Origin: an uncultured delta proteobacterium
GTDB taxonomy: Bacteria; Myxococcota_A; Polyangia; Palsa-1104
Direction of reading: 5' to 3'
DNA: 64,000 bases
Assembly (NCBI GenBank): GCA_963785725.1
Contig: CAWAWS010000019.1
Coordinates: 96,001-160,000 of the forward strand
Part shown: positions 22,764-34,346 of the stretch, one piece after another
Position numbering within the stretch: the first letter of the stretch is position 1
Layout of the letters: each line of letters starts with the position of its first letter
Notes under the pieces: model-generated
Told to the model about the DNA's origin: nothing
Seen by the model: only the letters and a program-made list of their open reading frames with translations
Database searches by the model: none
Position numbers and translations under genes: made by a program

Positions 22764-24096
22764 CACGCGCGACACGATCGCGGCCATCGCGACGGCGACC
22801 GGCGGCGGAATTGGCGTCGTGCGGCTGTCCGGTCCGCGCGCGGCGCAGATCGTGGAACAGCTCGTGCGGCCTTGGCCGTCGAAGCCGCAGACGCACAAGC
22901 TGCAGCTGGGCGTCGTCTATCATCCGCGCACCGAAGAGCGCATCGATCAAGTGCTCGCCGTGGTGATGCGCGCGCCGAAGTCGTACACCGGCGAGGACGT
23001 GGCCGAGCTGCAAGGTCACGGCGGACAGCTCGTGTTGCAGCGCGTGCTCGAGGCGGCGTTGGCGGCGGGCGCGCGCATGGCCGAGCCGGGCGAGTTCACG
23101 CGCCGCGCGTTCGAGGCGGGCAAGATCGATCTGTCGCGCGCCGAGTCGGTGGCGGTGTTGATCGGCGCGCGGTCGGAGCGGGCGTTGAAGGCGGCGCAGG
23201 CGATGGGCGCAGGCGCGCTGGCGGCGCAGATCGTGAAGCTGCGGCAGCGCTTGATCGCGGCGTTGGCCGAGCTCGAAGGCGCCATCGATTTCCCCGAGGA
23301 CGCCGGCGACGCTGCGCCTGAAGCGGCGAGCGCCGCGCGATTCGACGGCATCTCACGTGAGATGGCAGCGCTGGCGGCGACGCATCGGCCGGCGCTGTTT
23401 CGCGCGGCGGAGGTGGCGCTCGTCGGTCGCGTCAACGCCGGCAAGTCGAGCCTGCTGAACGCGCTCGCCGGTGAAGAGCGCGCGCTCGTCGACGAAATGC
23501 CGGGCACGACACGCGATACAGTCTCTGTCGAAGTGTCGCTGGCGGGCGTGGCCGTGACGCTCGTCGATACGGCCGGTGAGCGCGCGGCGCCGGAGCCGAT
23601 CGAGGCGCGCGGCTTGGCGCTCGGTCGGGCGCGAGCGGCGCGTGCGGATCTGGTGCTGCTCGTCGTCGACGGCACGATCGGTTTCGGCGAGGACGAGCGG
23701 CGGATTTGGGATGCGATCGTCGGGCCGAAGCTGATCGCCTGGAACAAGCGCGACGTCTCACGTGAGCCGCACGACTTGCCGGCGGATGCGATGGTCGTCG
23801 CGACCGCGGCGACCTCGGCGCTGGGCGTGACCGAGCTGGGCGCGGCGATCGCGCACGCCGTCGCTGGCTCGGACGACGAGGGCATCACCGTCGTCAGCGA
23901 GCGCCAGGCCGAAGCGTTGCGCGACGGCGCCGAGATCTTGGCGCGCGCGACGAAGCTGCTGCGCGAGGGCGAGCCGGTCGAAGTCGCGGCCGACGAAGCG
24001 CGCCGCGCGCTCGACGCGATGGGCCGCGTCACCGGCGAGACCGCCGACGCCGAGCTGCTCGACGCCATCTTCGCGCGCTTCTGCATCGGCAAGTGA
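22750..24096 (+). CDS. mnmE: tRNA modification GTPase MnmE
   Basis: DTIAAIAT, PKSYTGED, GEFTRRAF, GTTRD, DTAG, C-terminal FCIGK. Confidence 0.97.
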   Translation: MAASSTRDTIAAIATATGGGIGVVRLSGPRAAQIVEQLVRPWPSKPQTHKLQLGVVYHPRTEERIDQVLAVVMRAPKSYTGEDVAELQGHGGQLVLQRVLEAALAAGARMAEPGEFTRRAFEAGKIDLSRAESVAVLIGARSERALKAAQAMGAGALAAQIVKLRQRLIAALAELEGAIDFPEDAGDAAPEAASAARFDGISREMAALAATHRPALFRAAEVALVGRVNAGKSSLLNALAGEERALVDEMPGTTRDTVSVEVSLAGVAVTLVDTAGERAAPEPIEARGLALGRARAARADLVLLVVDGTIGFGEDERRIWDAIVGPKLIAWNKRDVSREPHDLPADAMVVATAATSALGVTELGAAIAHAVAGSDDEGITVVSERQAEALRDGAEILARATKLLREGEPVEVAADEARRALDAMGRVTGETADAELLDAIFARFCIGK

Positions 24097-24554
24097 ACGC
24101 TGAGTCGCAGCCCGATGTCATCGTCGTGCTCGGCGCGGCGTTGACGCCCGACGGCGACCTCGGCCCGGCGCTGACCGAGCGCGTGCGCGCCGGTGTCGAC
24201 GCTTGGAAGCGCGGCGCCGCGCCGTGGCTGATGATGAGCGGCGTTCACGAAGCGGTGAAGATGAAGGCGCGCGCGATCGAGCTCGGCGTGCCGGCCGAGC
24301 GCGTGATCGTCGAGCGGACGGCGACGACGACGCACGAGAACGCCGTGCGCTGCGCGGCGCTGATGCGCAAGCGGCAGCTGCGGCACGCGCTGATCGTCAC
24401 GCAGCGTTATCACCGGCCGCGGTCGATCGCGGCGTTTCGCCGCGCCGGCGTCGACGCGACCGCGTTCGAGTTTCGCGGGCAACGGGCGAAGCCGAAGCGA
24501 CTGGCGCGCGAGCTGATGGCGCTCGTGATCTACAAGCTGCGCGGCTGGATCTGA
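24093..24554 (+). CDS. YdcF/DUF218 family protein
   Basis: DVIVVLGA, ERTATTTHENA, IVTQRYHRPR. Confidence 0.85.
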   Translation: MNAESQPDVIVVLGAALTPDGDLGPALTERVRAGVDAWKRGAAPWLMMSGVHEAVKMKARAIELGVPAERVIVERTATTTHENAVRCAALMRKRQLRHALIVTQRYHRPRSIAAFRRAGVDATAFEFRGQRAKPKRLARELMALVIYKLRGWI

Positions 24555-25231
24555 CACAGCCGGAAGATGTCGTCGACGAGCAGAAAGCGCTCGGCGACTT
24601 CATCGATCGTTGACTGCAGCGTCGTCTCCTGCGCGACATGCGGCAGCGCGCCGAGGATGTGCGTCTTGCCATAGTGCGCGATGGCGTGCGGGTTCGTCGG
24701 CTCGTCGGCGCCGGCGGTTTCGACGGCGCGCGAGAAGATCACGCCGGCCACTTGCAGCCGGCGATGGCGCGCGGCTTCGATCGTCAGCAGCGTGTGATTC
24801 ACCGTGCCCAACGACGGTCGCGCGACGATGACGAGCGGCAACGCGAGACGCGCCGCGAGGTCGGCCATCAGCACGCCGGGCGCGAGCGGAACCAAGAGTC
24901 CGCCGGCACCTTCGACGAGGATGAGGTCGGCGTCGGCGGCCAGGCGGTCGTAGGCGGCGACGATGCGATCGACGTCGACGACGGCGCCTTCGGCGTGCGC
25001 GGCGACTTCGGGCGACGCCGGCAGGTGAAAGCGATAGGGACGAACGAGCGCGGGATCGAGGTCGCGGCCGGTGGCGCGCAAGAGTCGCTCGCCGTCGTCG
25101 CCGTCGCCGGTCTCGCACGGCTTCATGACCGCGACGCGCAGGCCGCGACGAACGGCCGCGCGGACGAGCGCGCAGGAGACGAACGTCTTGCCGACGCCGG
25201 TGTCGGTCGCGCTAATGAAGATGCCGATCAT
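24530..25231 (-). CDS. bioD: Dethiobiotin synthase
   Basis: ATDTGVGKT, KPCETG, VEGAGGLLVP, LGTVNHTLLT. Confidence 0.96.
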   Translation of the reverse strand: MIGIFISATDTGVGKTFVSCALVRAAVRRGLRVAVMKPCETGDGDDGERLLRATGRDLDPALVRPYRFHLPASPEVAAHAEGAVVDVDRIVAAYDRLAADADLILVEGAGGLLVPLAPGVLMADLAARLALPLVIVARPSLGTVNHTLLTIEAARHRRLQVAGVIFSRAVETAGADEPTNPHAIAHYGKTHILGALPHVAQETTLQSTIDEVAERFLLVDDIFRLCQIQPRSL

Positions 25232-25233
25232 CG

Positions 25234-26505
25234 TTAGGCCGCGCCGCAAACGGCTGCGATTGACTCGCGCGTGGCGCCGACCAAGCGATCGATCTCGGCT
25301 TCGCTGACCGACAGCGGCGGCATCATGACGATGACGTTGCCGAGCGGCCGCAAGATGACGCCGCGGCGGCGCAGGTCGGCGCAGACGCGCGCGCCGATGG
25401 CATCGGCATATTCGTACGGCCCGAGCTCGACGCCCACCATGAGCCCGCGCTGCCGAATCTCGGTCACGAACGGCAGCGGCTCGAGCTGCGTCGTCAAGCG
25501 CTCTTGCAGACGCGCGATCTTCGGCTGCAGCTGATCGAGCACGCGCTCCTTCTCGAAGATGTCGAGCGACGCGATTCCCGCCGCACACGCCAGCGGATTG
25601 CCGGTGTAGGTATGCCCGTGAAAGAAGGTCATTTTCTGGGCATATTCGCCGAGAAACGCGTCGTAAATCGCGTCGGTCGCGAGGGTCGCCGCGAGCGGCA
25701 AGTAACCGCCCGAGATGCCTTTGGCGAGGCACATGAGATCGGGCGTCACGCCTTCTTGCTCGCAGGCGAACATGGTCCCCGTGCGGCCGAAGCCGGTGGC
25801 GACCTCGTCGCAGATGAGGAGCACGTCGTGTTTGCGGCACAGGTCGCGGGCGGCGCGCAGGAATCCGGGCGGCTGCAGCAGCATACCGGCCGCGCCCTGT
25901 ACGAGCGGCTCGACGATCAACGCCGCCAGCTCGTGCGCATGCCGAGTCAGCGTCGCCTCGAGCTGCTCGATCGATGGAGCGACGCGCAAGACGTTGAACA
26001 GCAGCGGATGAAAGATCTGGTGGAAAAGGTCGATGCCGCCGACCGAGACCGCGCCGACCGTGTCGCCGTGATAGGCCTCGGTCAGCGCGAGGAACTTTTG
26101 CTTCTCCGGCCGACCGCGCTGCGCCTGGAATTGGTAGGCGATCTTGAGCGCGATCTCGACGGCCGTCGAACCGGAGTCGCTGTAGAAGACGCGCGTGAGA
26201 CCGGGCGGCGCGACGCGAATGAGCCGTTCGGCCAGCTCGATCGACGGCACGTTGCCCAGGCCGAGCAAAGTCGAATGCGCGACCAAGTCGAGCTGCGCGC
26301 GGACGGCGTCGTCGAGCTCGCGGCGGCGGTGGCCATGGACGTTGACCCAAAGCGACGATACGCCGTCGAGGTAGCGGCGGCCTTCGAGGTCGATCAGCTC
26401 GTTGCCTTCGGCGGCAGCGATGATGAGCGGCTCGGTGGCGTTCCAGGCGCGCATTTGCGTGAACGGATGCCAGACGTAGCGGCGGTCTTTTTCGGCGAGA
26501 TTCAT
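25234..26505 (-). CDS. bioA: Adenosylmethionine-8-amino-7-oxononanoate transaminase
   Basis: VWHPFTQM, YHGDT, DEVATGFGRTG, HGHTYTGNPL. Confidence 0.96.
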   Translation of the reverse strand: MNLAEKDRRYVWHPFTQMRAWNATEPLIIAAAEGNELIDLEGRRYLDGVSSLWVNVHGHRRRELDDAVRAQLDLVAHSTLLGLGNVPSIELAERLIRVAPPGLTRVFYSDSGSTAVEIALKIAYQFQAQRGRPEKQKFLALTEAYHGDTVGAVSVGGIDLFHQIFHPLLFNVLRVAPSIEQLEATLTRHAHELAALIVEPLVQGAAGMLLQPPGFLRAARDLCRKHDVLLICDEVATGFGRTGTMFACEQEGVTPDLMCLAKGISGGYLPLAATLATDAIYDAFLGEYAQKMTFFHGHTYTGNPLACAAGIASLDIFEKERVLDQLQPKIARLQERLTTQLEPLPFVTEIRQRGLMVGVELGPYEYADAIGARVCADLRRRGVILRPLGNVIVMMPPLSVSEAEIDRLVGATRESIAAVCGAA

Positions 26506-26518
26506 CGGCGGCCTCGGC

Positions 26519-27673
26519 TTAGGCGAAGTGATCTTGCAGGTCGGCGAGTGCGTCGAGCGCGCGATCGAGTTGGGCGCGGCTATGCGTAGCCATGATCGAG
26601 AAGCGCAGTCTCGACGTGCCGGCGGGAACGGTCGGCGGGCGGATCGCTTGTGCGTAGATGCCGCGTTCGAGCAGCGCCTCGCAGGCCGCGACAGCTCGGC
26701 GCGGGTCGCCGTCGCGAACGAGGATGGGCACGATGTGCGAAGGCGCGCCGGGTGCGACGCCGTGGCTGATGGCCGCTGGCCGGCGGTCATGAAAATAGCG
26801 ACAGTTTTCGGCCAGCTGGGCGCACCGTGCGCGGCCGTCGGCGGTCGCCAGCCAGTCGATCGCGGCGTGCGAGGCGGCGACGACCGGCGCCGGCAGAGCG
26901 GTCGTGAACACGAAGCTGCGCGCGCGATGGATGAGCAAGTCGATGAGCGGACGCGCGCCGGCGGCGTAGGCGCCGAATGATCCGAGCGCCTTTCCCAGCG
27001 TGCCGATGCGCAGGTCGACGGGCACATCGTCGGCGCGGACGCCGATTTCGTGCGCTTCATCCACGATCAGCAGCGCCTGATGTTTGCGCGCGAGTGCGAC
27101 CAGCGCCGGAACGTCGGCGCGGTCGCCGTCCATGCTGAACACGGTGTCGCTGAGAATGAGGCGCCGGCGGCCCGGCTCGCGGACGAGCGCGGCTTCGAGC
27201 GCGTCCAGGTCGCGGTGGGGGAAGACGATCGTCTTCGCGCGCGACAGTCGGCAGCCGTCGATCAAGCTGGCGTGGTTGAGCGCGTCCGAGAAGATGACGT
27301 CTTCGAGCCCGGCGAGCGCCGAGACGACCCCGACGTTGGCGTGGTAGCCGGAGTTGAAGAGCAGGGCCGACTCGGTCGATTTCCACTGTGCGATGCGGGT
27401 TTCGAGCGCGCGATGCGGGCTCAAGTTGCCGACGATCAGCCGCGACGCGCCGGCGCCGAAGCCGTGCTCGGCCATCGCGCGGTTGGCGGCGTCGCGCAGC
27501 AGCGGCGAGTCCGCGAGCCCGAGGTAGTTGTTGGACGAGAAGTTGAGGACCGTGCGGCCGGCGAGGGTGATTTCGGCCGACTGCGCGCCATCTACCGGTC
27601 GGAGGTGACGGCGCAGACCGCGCGCGTCAATGTCGTGTAGCTCGGCGCGGATGCTATCGAGCGGGGAAGGCAA
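26519..27673 (-). CDS. bioF: 8-amino-7-oxononanoate synthase
   Basis: FSSNNYLGL, NHASLIDG, FSMDGD, DEAH, GTLGKA, AIRPPTVP; start uncertain (TTG at 27673). Confidence 0.95.
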   Translation of the reverse strand: MPSPLDSIRAELHDIDARGLRRHLRPVDGAQSAEITLAGRTVLNFSSNNYLGLADSPLLRDAANRAMAEHGFGAGASRLIVGNLSPHRALETRIAQWKSTESALLFNSGYHANVGVVSALAGLEDVIFSDALNHASLIDGCRLSRAKTIVFPHRDLDALEAALVREPGRRRLILSDTVFSMDGDRADVPALVALARKHQALLIVDEAHEIGVRADDVPVDLRIGTLGKALGSFGAYAAGARPLIDLLIHRARSFVFTTALPAPVVAASHAAIDWLATADGRARCAQLAENCRYFHDRRPAAISHGVAPGAPSHIVPILVRDGDPRRAVAACEALLERGIYAQAIRPPTVPAGTSRLRFSIMATHSRAQLDRALDALADLQDHFA

Positions 27674-27681
27674 GCGGCGGC

Positions 27682-27710
27682 AGCATAGTTCCACGTGGAA
27701 CATTCGTCAA
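27682..27710 (-). promoter_or_regulatory. Sigma70 promoter of bioFAD
   Basis: TTGACG (27710-27705), 17-nt spacer, TATGCT (27687-27682). Confidence 0.7.
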
Positions 27711-27792
27711 CCGAGCGGCCTGGTCAGGTTGACAATGGTTCCACGTGGAACATTGAGCCCACAAGCGGGCCGCGATTGTTCCACGTGGAACA
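27687..27792. repeat. parS: Three parS centromere palindromes
   Basis: nGTTCCACGTGGAACA at 27687-27702, 27737-27752 and 27777-27792, about 9-10 kb from dnaA/oriC. Confidence 0.93.
27704..27735. promoter_or_regulatory. BirA-type biotin operator
   Basis: cGTCAACC-N14-GGTTGACAA palindrome directly upstream of bioF; matches the TGTnAACC-N14-GGTTnACA BirA signal. Confidence 0.75.
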
Positions 27793-27797
27793 TCGAC

Positions 27798-28409
27798 TTA
27801 CGGGCGGCGGAAGGGCTGAAGCCGACGATGGGCGCCGCCGACCCGATACTCGACCGGCAGCTCGCGCTCGAAGCCAGGCGGCGCCTCCAAGACCGGCGCG
27901 TCGGCGGTTTGCATCGCGAGCAAGCGACCGCCGGGCGAGACCAGGCGCTGACCATGATCGAGCCAGACTGGCGGATCCCACGTCGCGCGCGAAACGGCCA
28001 CGTCGAACGTCTCCTTCAAGCAGTCGTCGCGCAGGTGCTTCGGATCCAAATTCGGGACGACGGTGCGCTTCAACGTCTGCAGGAAGGCGATCTTCTTGGC
28101 CACGCCATCGATGCAGGTGACGCGCAGATTCGGCAAGACGAGCGCCAACACCGCACCGGGAAAGCCGGCGCCACAGCCGACATCGACCATCGTCTGGTAG
28201 TCGCGAACGAGCGGCAGCGCGGCTAGGCTGTCGAGGAAGTGCAGCTCGACGACTTCGGCGTCGGCCGTGATCGCCGTCAGGTTGATCTTGCGATTCCAAG
28301 TCTGCAGCAGCTGTAGATATTCGCCGAAGCGCCGCACGTGCGTGTCATCGAGCGTAACCCCAAGCGTTGCCGCGCCATCCACGAGCCGCCGAATCGTTGC
28401 CTTGTCCAC
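27798..28409 (-). CDS. rsmG: 16S rRNA m7G527 methyltransferase
   Basis: WNRKINLTAI, HFLDSL, DVGCGAGFPG, SRA. Confidence 0.95.
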   Translation of the reverse strand: MDKATIRRLVDGAATLGVTLDDTHVRRFGEYLQLLQTWNRKINLTAITADAEVVELHFLDSLAALPLVRDYQTMVDVGCGAGFPGAVLALVLPNLRVTCIDGVAKKIAFLQTLKRTVVPNLDPKHLRDDCLKETFDVAVSRATWDPPVWLDHGQRLVSPGGRLLAMQTADAPVLEAPPGFERELPVEYRVGGAHRRLQPFRRP

Positions 28410-28432
28410 GGGGCGACATTATAGTCGGCGCG

Positions 28433-29485
28433 ATGCCGCATATGAGCGTCGAAGCGCTGGAGCGCGCCATCTTCCCTGTCGCGCAACAGCTCACGGGCGG
28501 CCACAATCCGCACCTCGAGACGTTGGAGGGCGGTGCCTCGATTCGCCGCTACTATCGCATCACGTTGGCGGGCGGTCGGGTGCCGAGCCTCGTGGTCATG
28601 GAGCTGGGCGACAATCCGCTGAAGTCGGAAGAGGCGGGCAAAGCGGCGGCGCCGACCGAGCTGCCGTTCATCAACGTGCAGCGCTATCTCGCGCAAGCGG
28701 GCGCTTCGGTGCCGGCGATCTTGCGCCACGACATGACGCTTGGGCTCGTCTACCTCGAAGACTTGGGCGACATCACGTTCGAGTCACGCGTGCTGAACGC
28801 GAACGATGACGTGCGCGCGCAATATTATCGGCTCGCGATCGACCAGCTCGTCGCGTTGCAGGACTACGCGCTGGCGCGGCCCGATCCGCACTGCATCGCC
28901 TTCACGCGCGGCTTCGACTATGAGCTGCTGAAGTGGGAGCTCGACCACTTCCGCGAATACGGCCTCGAAGCGCAAGGTCATCAGCTCACAGACGTCGAGC
29001 GTGCGGAAGTGGAGCGCGTCTTCACGCGGATTGCCGAGGAGCTGGCGGCGCAGCCGCGCGGGTTCGTCCATCGCGACTATCAGAGCCGCAACTTGATGGT
29101 GCAGGACGCAGCCGACGGACCGCGCCTGCGCGTCATCGACTTTCAAGACGCGCTGCTCGGACCGCGCGTCTACGATCTGGTGGGACTCTTACGCGACAGC
29201 TACGTGGCGCTTTCGCCGGAGCTGCTGGATTCGATGGTCGCGCACTTCGTCGCCCGCGCAGGAATGGACGCAGCGCCGTTCGGCCGGCTGTTCGATCTGC
29301 AGGTCGTGCAGCGGAAGCTCAAGGATTCCGGCCGCTTCGTCTTCATCGACCGCGTCAAAGGGAATCCCTCGTTCCTGAAGCATATTCCCAATAGTCTCGC
29401 TTACGTAGCGCGTTCGCTCAAGCGCCTGCCGGAGCTCGACAGCTTGCGCGAAATTCTCGCACGGAAGCTTCCAGAATTAGGGTAA
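28433..29485 (+). CDS. Phosphotransferase, AmgK-like (aminoglycoside phosphotransferase fold)
   Basis: GGASIRRYYR, LEDLGD, HRDYQSRNLM, IDFQDALLGP..YDL, QRKLK. Confidence 0.8.
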   Translation: MPHMSVEALERAIFPVAQQLTGGHNPHLETLEGGASIRRYYRITLAGGRVPSLVVMELGDNPLKSEEAGKAAAPTELPFINVQRYLAQAGASVPAILRHDMTLGLVYLEDLGDITFESRVLNANDDVRAQYYRLAIDQLVALQDYALARPDPHCIAFTRGFDYELLKWELDHFREYGLEAQGHQLTDVERAEVERVFTRIAEELAAQPRGFVHRDYQSRNLMVQDAADGPRLRVIDFQDALLGPRVYDLVGLLRDSYVALSPELLDSMVAHFVARAGMDAAPFGRLFDLQVVQRKLKDSGRFVFIDRVKGNPSFLKHIPNSLAYVARSLKRLPELDSLREILARKLPELG

Positions 29486-29562
29486 CAACTGTATTTAACA
29501 ATACGGAAATGTTGATATTACGTATGTGATGAAGACTACTAAAGATTCTTGCCGGCGTCGCC

Positions 29563-29592
29563 TTGACGGGAGTGCAACCTCAACGCTACAAT
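29563..29592 (+). promoter_or_regulatory. Sigma70 promoter of the Ser/Thr kinase gene
   Basis: TTGACG-N18-TACAAT after an AT-rich tract. Confidence 0.55.
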
Positions 29593-29606
29593 GAGGCGTT
29601 CACACC

Positions 29607-31772
<2,166 letters not shown>

Positions 31773-31829
31773 CAATTCACCCACTTACGATCTAGGCTTT
31801 AGCTCTCTTTTTCCGAGAGCGGTGGGTCC

Positions 31830-34322
31830 GTGGCGAAGCAGAGCCTTCTCCTAGTCGATGGCGATACGAAGAGTCTGCGCGTTCTCGAAGTCAGCCTGAA
31901 GAAGGCCGGTTTCAACGTCACCACCGCGGTCAACGGCTCGGATGCGCTCGCCAAAGTCGAAACGGCGGCGCCCGATCTCATCATCTCCGACACGAAGATG
32001 CCGGAGATGGACGGGTTCGAGCTCGTCGAGCGGCTGAAGCAGAACAGCGACTGGGCGCCGATCCCGTTCATCTTTCTGACGGGACAGAGTGACGTCGAGG
32101 ACAAGATCCGCGGCCTGGAGTTGGGCGTCGAGGACTACCTCACCAAGCCCATCTACATCAAAGAGATCGTCACGCGCGTGAAGATTCTGCTGCAGAAAAA
32201 GCAGCGGCAATCGTTCGAGGACACCAAGCGCGAGTCGCGCACCAAGTTCGCCGGCGCGCTGTCGGACATGGCCGTCGTCGACCTGATTCAGACGATCGAG
32301 ATCAGCCGCAAGACGGGCGTCATCCACTTCGTTCATCCCGACAACAAGCGCGGCGCCATCTACTTCCGCAACGGCAAGGTCATCGACGCCGAGCTCGGGC
32401 GGCTGACCGGCGAAGCGGCGGTGTATCGGCTGCTGATTTGGAACGACGGCGACTTCGAGGTCGACTTCAAGAACGTTCGGCGCAAAGACGTCATCGAGCT
32501 GTCGTCGCAAGGCTTGCTGATGGAAGGCATGCGCCGCGTCGACGAGTGGGGCCGCTTGTGCGAGCAGCTGCCGCCGCTCGATACGACGTTCGAGGTCGAC
32601 TATCGCGAGCTGGCCGAGCGGCTGGCCGAGATTCCCGACGAGATCAACGGCATCCTGCGTCTGTTCGACGGCCGCCGCACGCTCATGCAAGTGGTCGACG
32701 ACTGTGACTTCTCCGATCTGGAAGCGCTCAATGTCGTCTCCAAGCTCTATTTCGAAGGGCTGATCTACGACGCGACGGCAGCGGCCGCGTCGTCGACGGA
32801 TGGCGAGAGCGAGCAGCCCGATCTCGAGGGTTGGCTGCAAGATCCGCAGCCGCATCCGCCGTCGGAAACGGCGGCGGCGGTCGCGCCCGAAGAGACGGCC
32901 GTCGAGAACGCGCAGAAGCAGGACGCGCCCGATGGTTGGGGCGGCTCGTTCGAAGATCTGAATGACGACGACGGCCTCGACGTCGGCACGTCGGTGCGCA
33001 TGGGTCCGGGCATCGAGCGGCGGGGACGCGGCGCAGCGGCGCCGACGCAGCCGACGGCGAACGCGACGCCGGCCACGCCGGCGCTGATCGATCCGCTGCT
33101 CGCCGAAGCGGCGCGCTTGGAAGAGGAGCTCGCGGGCGACATGGCCGTCGAGCCGCGCACGCCGACTCCGCCCGAAGGTGTCGTCTTGCCGTTCCCCGAG
33201 CCGCAGCGGATCGCGCGCGTCACGCTGCGCAAGCAGTCGCGCACGCCGGCGTCGGGCTCGCCCAACGATAATTTGCAGCCGGTCGCGGGCGAGACGGCGA
33301 CGGCGACGTCGTCGGGCCCGGAAGTCGATCAGGCGCCGGCGGTCGTGTTGTCGGATGATTTGGCGTCGGAGCGGCCGGCGCAACCGGGCAGCTTCGGCGA
33401 GTTCGACGACGACGTGCAGCGCACGCCGCTGCCGATGCCGATGCCGGCGGCGTCGTCGTACGAAGGGCAGTCGGGGCTGATGATGCCGTCATCGGCGACG
33501 CTGGAAGTGCGCGCGCCGGCGGCACCGGCGCTGGTCGACGACGAGGACTTCGAGGACGAGCCGGCACCGCGTCGCGGCCTGTTGATCGCGGGCGGCGTGA
33601 TGGCGTTGGTCGCGGCGGCGGGCGTCGTGCTGCTCATCGGCTCGACGGGCAAGTCGACGACGCCGGTAACGCCTACTGCCACGACGACTGCCGCGCAGTC
33701 GACGACGCCGTCGCCGACTGGTGCGACGGTTGCGCCGAGCGGTGCGACGGTGGCGCCGAGCGGTGAAACGGCGGCAGCGCCGAGCGGTGCGACGGTTGCG
33801 CCGAGCGGCGCGACGGTTGCGCCGAGCGGCGCGACGGCGGCGGCGCCGAGTGGCGCGACGGTTGCGCCGAGTGGCGCGACGGTTGCGCCGAGCGGCGAAG
33901 CGGCGCTGCCGAAGGCCGGCGACGCGACCAAGCCGGAGGACGCGACGAAGCCGGCGGCCGAGAGTGAATATGCCGCGCTCCTCGCCGAAGGTCGCGCGCT
34001 CTACGACAAGGGCCAGGCGCGCAAGGCGATGGCGCCGCTCGAACGCGCGATCGCGCTCAACCCGAAGGGCGACGACGCGATGGTCGTGCTCGCCAACTGT
34101 AACCTCGATCGCGGCAGCCTCGACAAAGCGGTGGCCGCGGCCGAGAGCGCGATCGCGGCCAATCCGGAGAATCCCGACGCCTATCTCGTCGTCGGCGCCG
34201 TCGATCAGCAGCGCGAGCAGCTCCAAGACGCGCGGACGGCCTACGAAAAGTATCTGAAGCTGGCGCCCAAAGGTCAGTACGCCGGCGAGATTCGCTCGAT
34301 CCTCGCCACGATGCCGCGCTGA
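31830..34322 (+). CDS. Response regulator with DUF4388 domain, TM helix and C-terminal TPRs
   Basis: Receiver (LLLVDGD, ISDTKMP, YLTKP); DUF4388-type [29 protein letters not shown] with YLKLAPKG. Confidence 0.88.
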   Translation: MAKQSLLLVDGDTKSLRVLEVSLKKAGFNVTTAVNGSDALAKVETAAPDLIISDTKMPEMDGFELVERLKQNSDWAPIPFIFLTGQSDVEDKIRGLELGVEDYLTKPIYIKEIVTRVKILLQKKQRQSFEDTKRESRTKFAGALSDMAVVDLIQTIEISRKTGVIHFVHPDNKRGAIYFRNGKVIDAELGRLTGEAAVYRLLIWNDGDFEVDFKNVRRKDVIELSSQGLLMEGMRRVDEWGRLCEQLPPLDTTFEVDYRELAERLAEIPDEINGILRLFDGRRTLMQVVDDCDFSDLEALNVVSKLYFEGLIYDATAAAASSTDGESEQPDLEGWLQDPQPHPPSETAAAVAPEETAVENAQKQDAPDGWGGSFEDLNDDDGLDVGTSVRMGPGIERRGRGAAAPTQPTANATPATPALIDPLLAEAARLEEELAGDMAVEPRTPTPPEGVVLPFPEPQRIARVTLRKQSRTPASGSPNDNLQPVAGETATATSSGPEVDQAPAVVLSDDLASERPAQPGSFGEFDDDVQRTPLPMPMPAASSYEGQSGLMMPSSATLEVRAPAAPALVDDEDFEDEPAPRRGLLIAGGVMALVAAAGVVLLIGSTGKSTTPVTPTATTTAAQSTTPSPTGATVAPSGATVAPSGETAAAPSGATVAPSGATVAPSGATAAAPSGATVAPSGATVAPSGEAALPKAGDATKPEDATKPAAESEYAALLAEGRALYDKGQARKAMAPLERAIALNPKGDDAMVVLANCNLDRGSLDKAVAAAESAIAANPENPDAYLVVGAVDQQREQLQDARTAYEKYLKLAPKGQYAGEIRSILATMPR
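33720..33899 (+). repeat. Higher-order coding tandem repeat (21/24-bp units)
   Basis: (GATVAPS)2-GETAAAPS-(GATVAPS)2-GATAAAPS-(GATVAPS)2. Confidence 0.9.
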
Positions 34323-34346
34323 ATCGTGGCGCTGGTCCAAACGTAA

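Noticed and set aside
27674..27703. MFHVE N-terminal extension of BioF and the ORFs containing FHVEH or STWN
   Set aside because: These are translations of parS, not real peptide.
27687..27792. Mini-CRISPR array (repeats with 34- and 24-nt spacers)
   Set aside because: The repeats are 16-bp parS palindromes, spacer lengths are unequal, and no cas genes are present.
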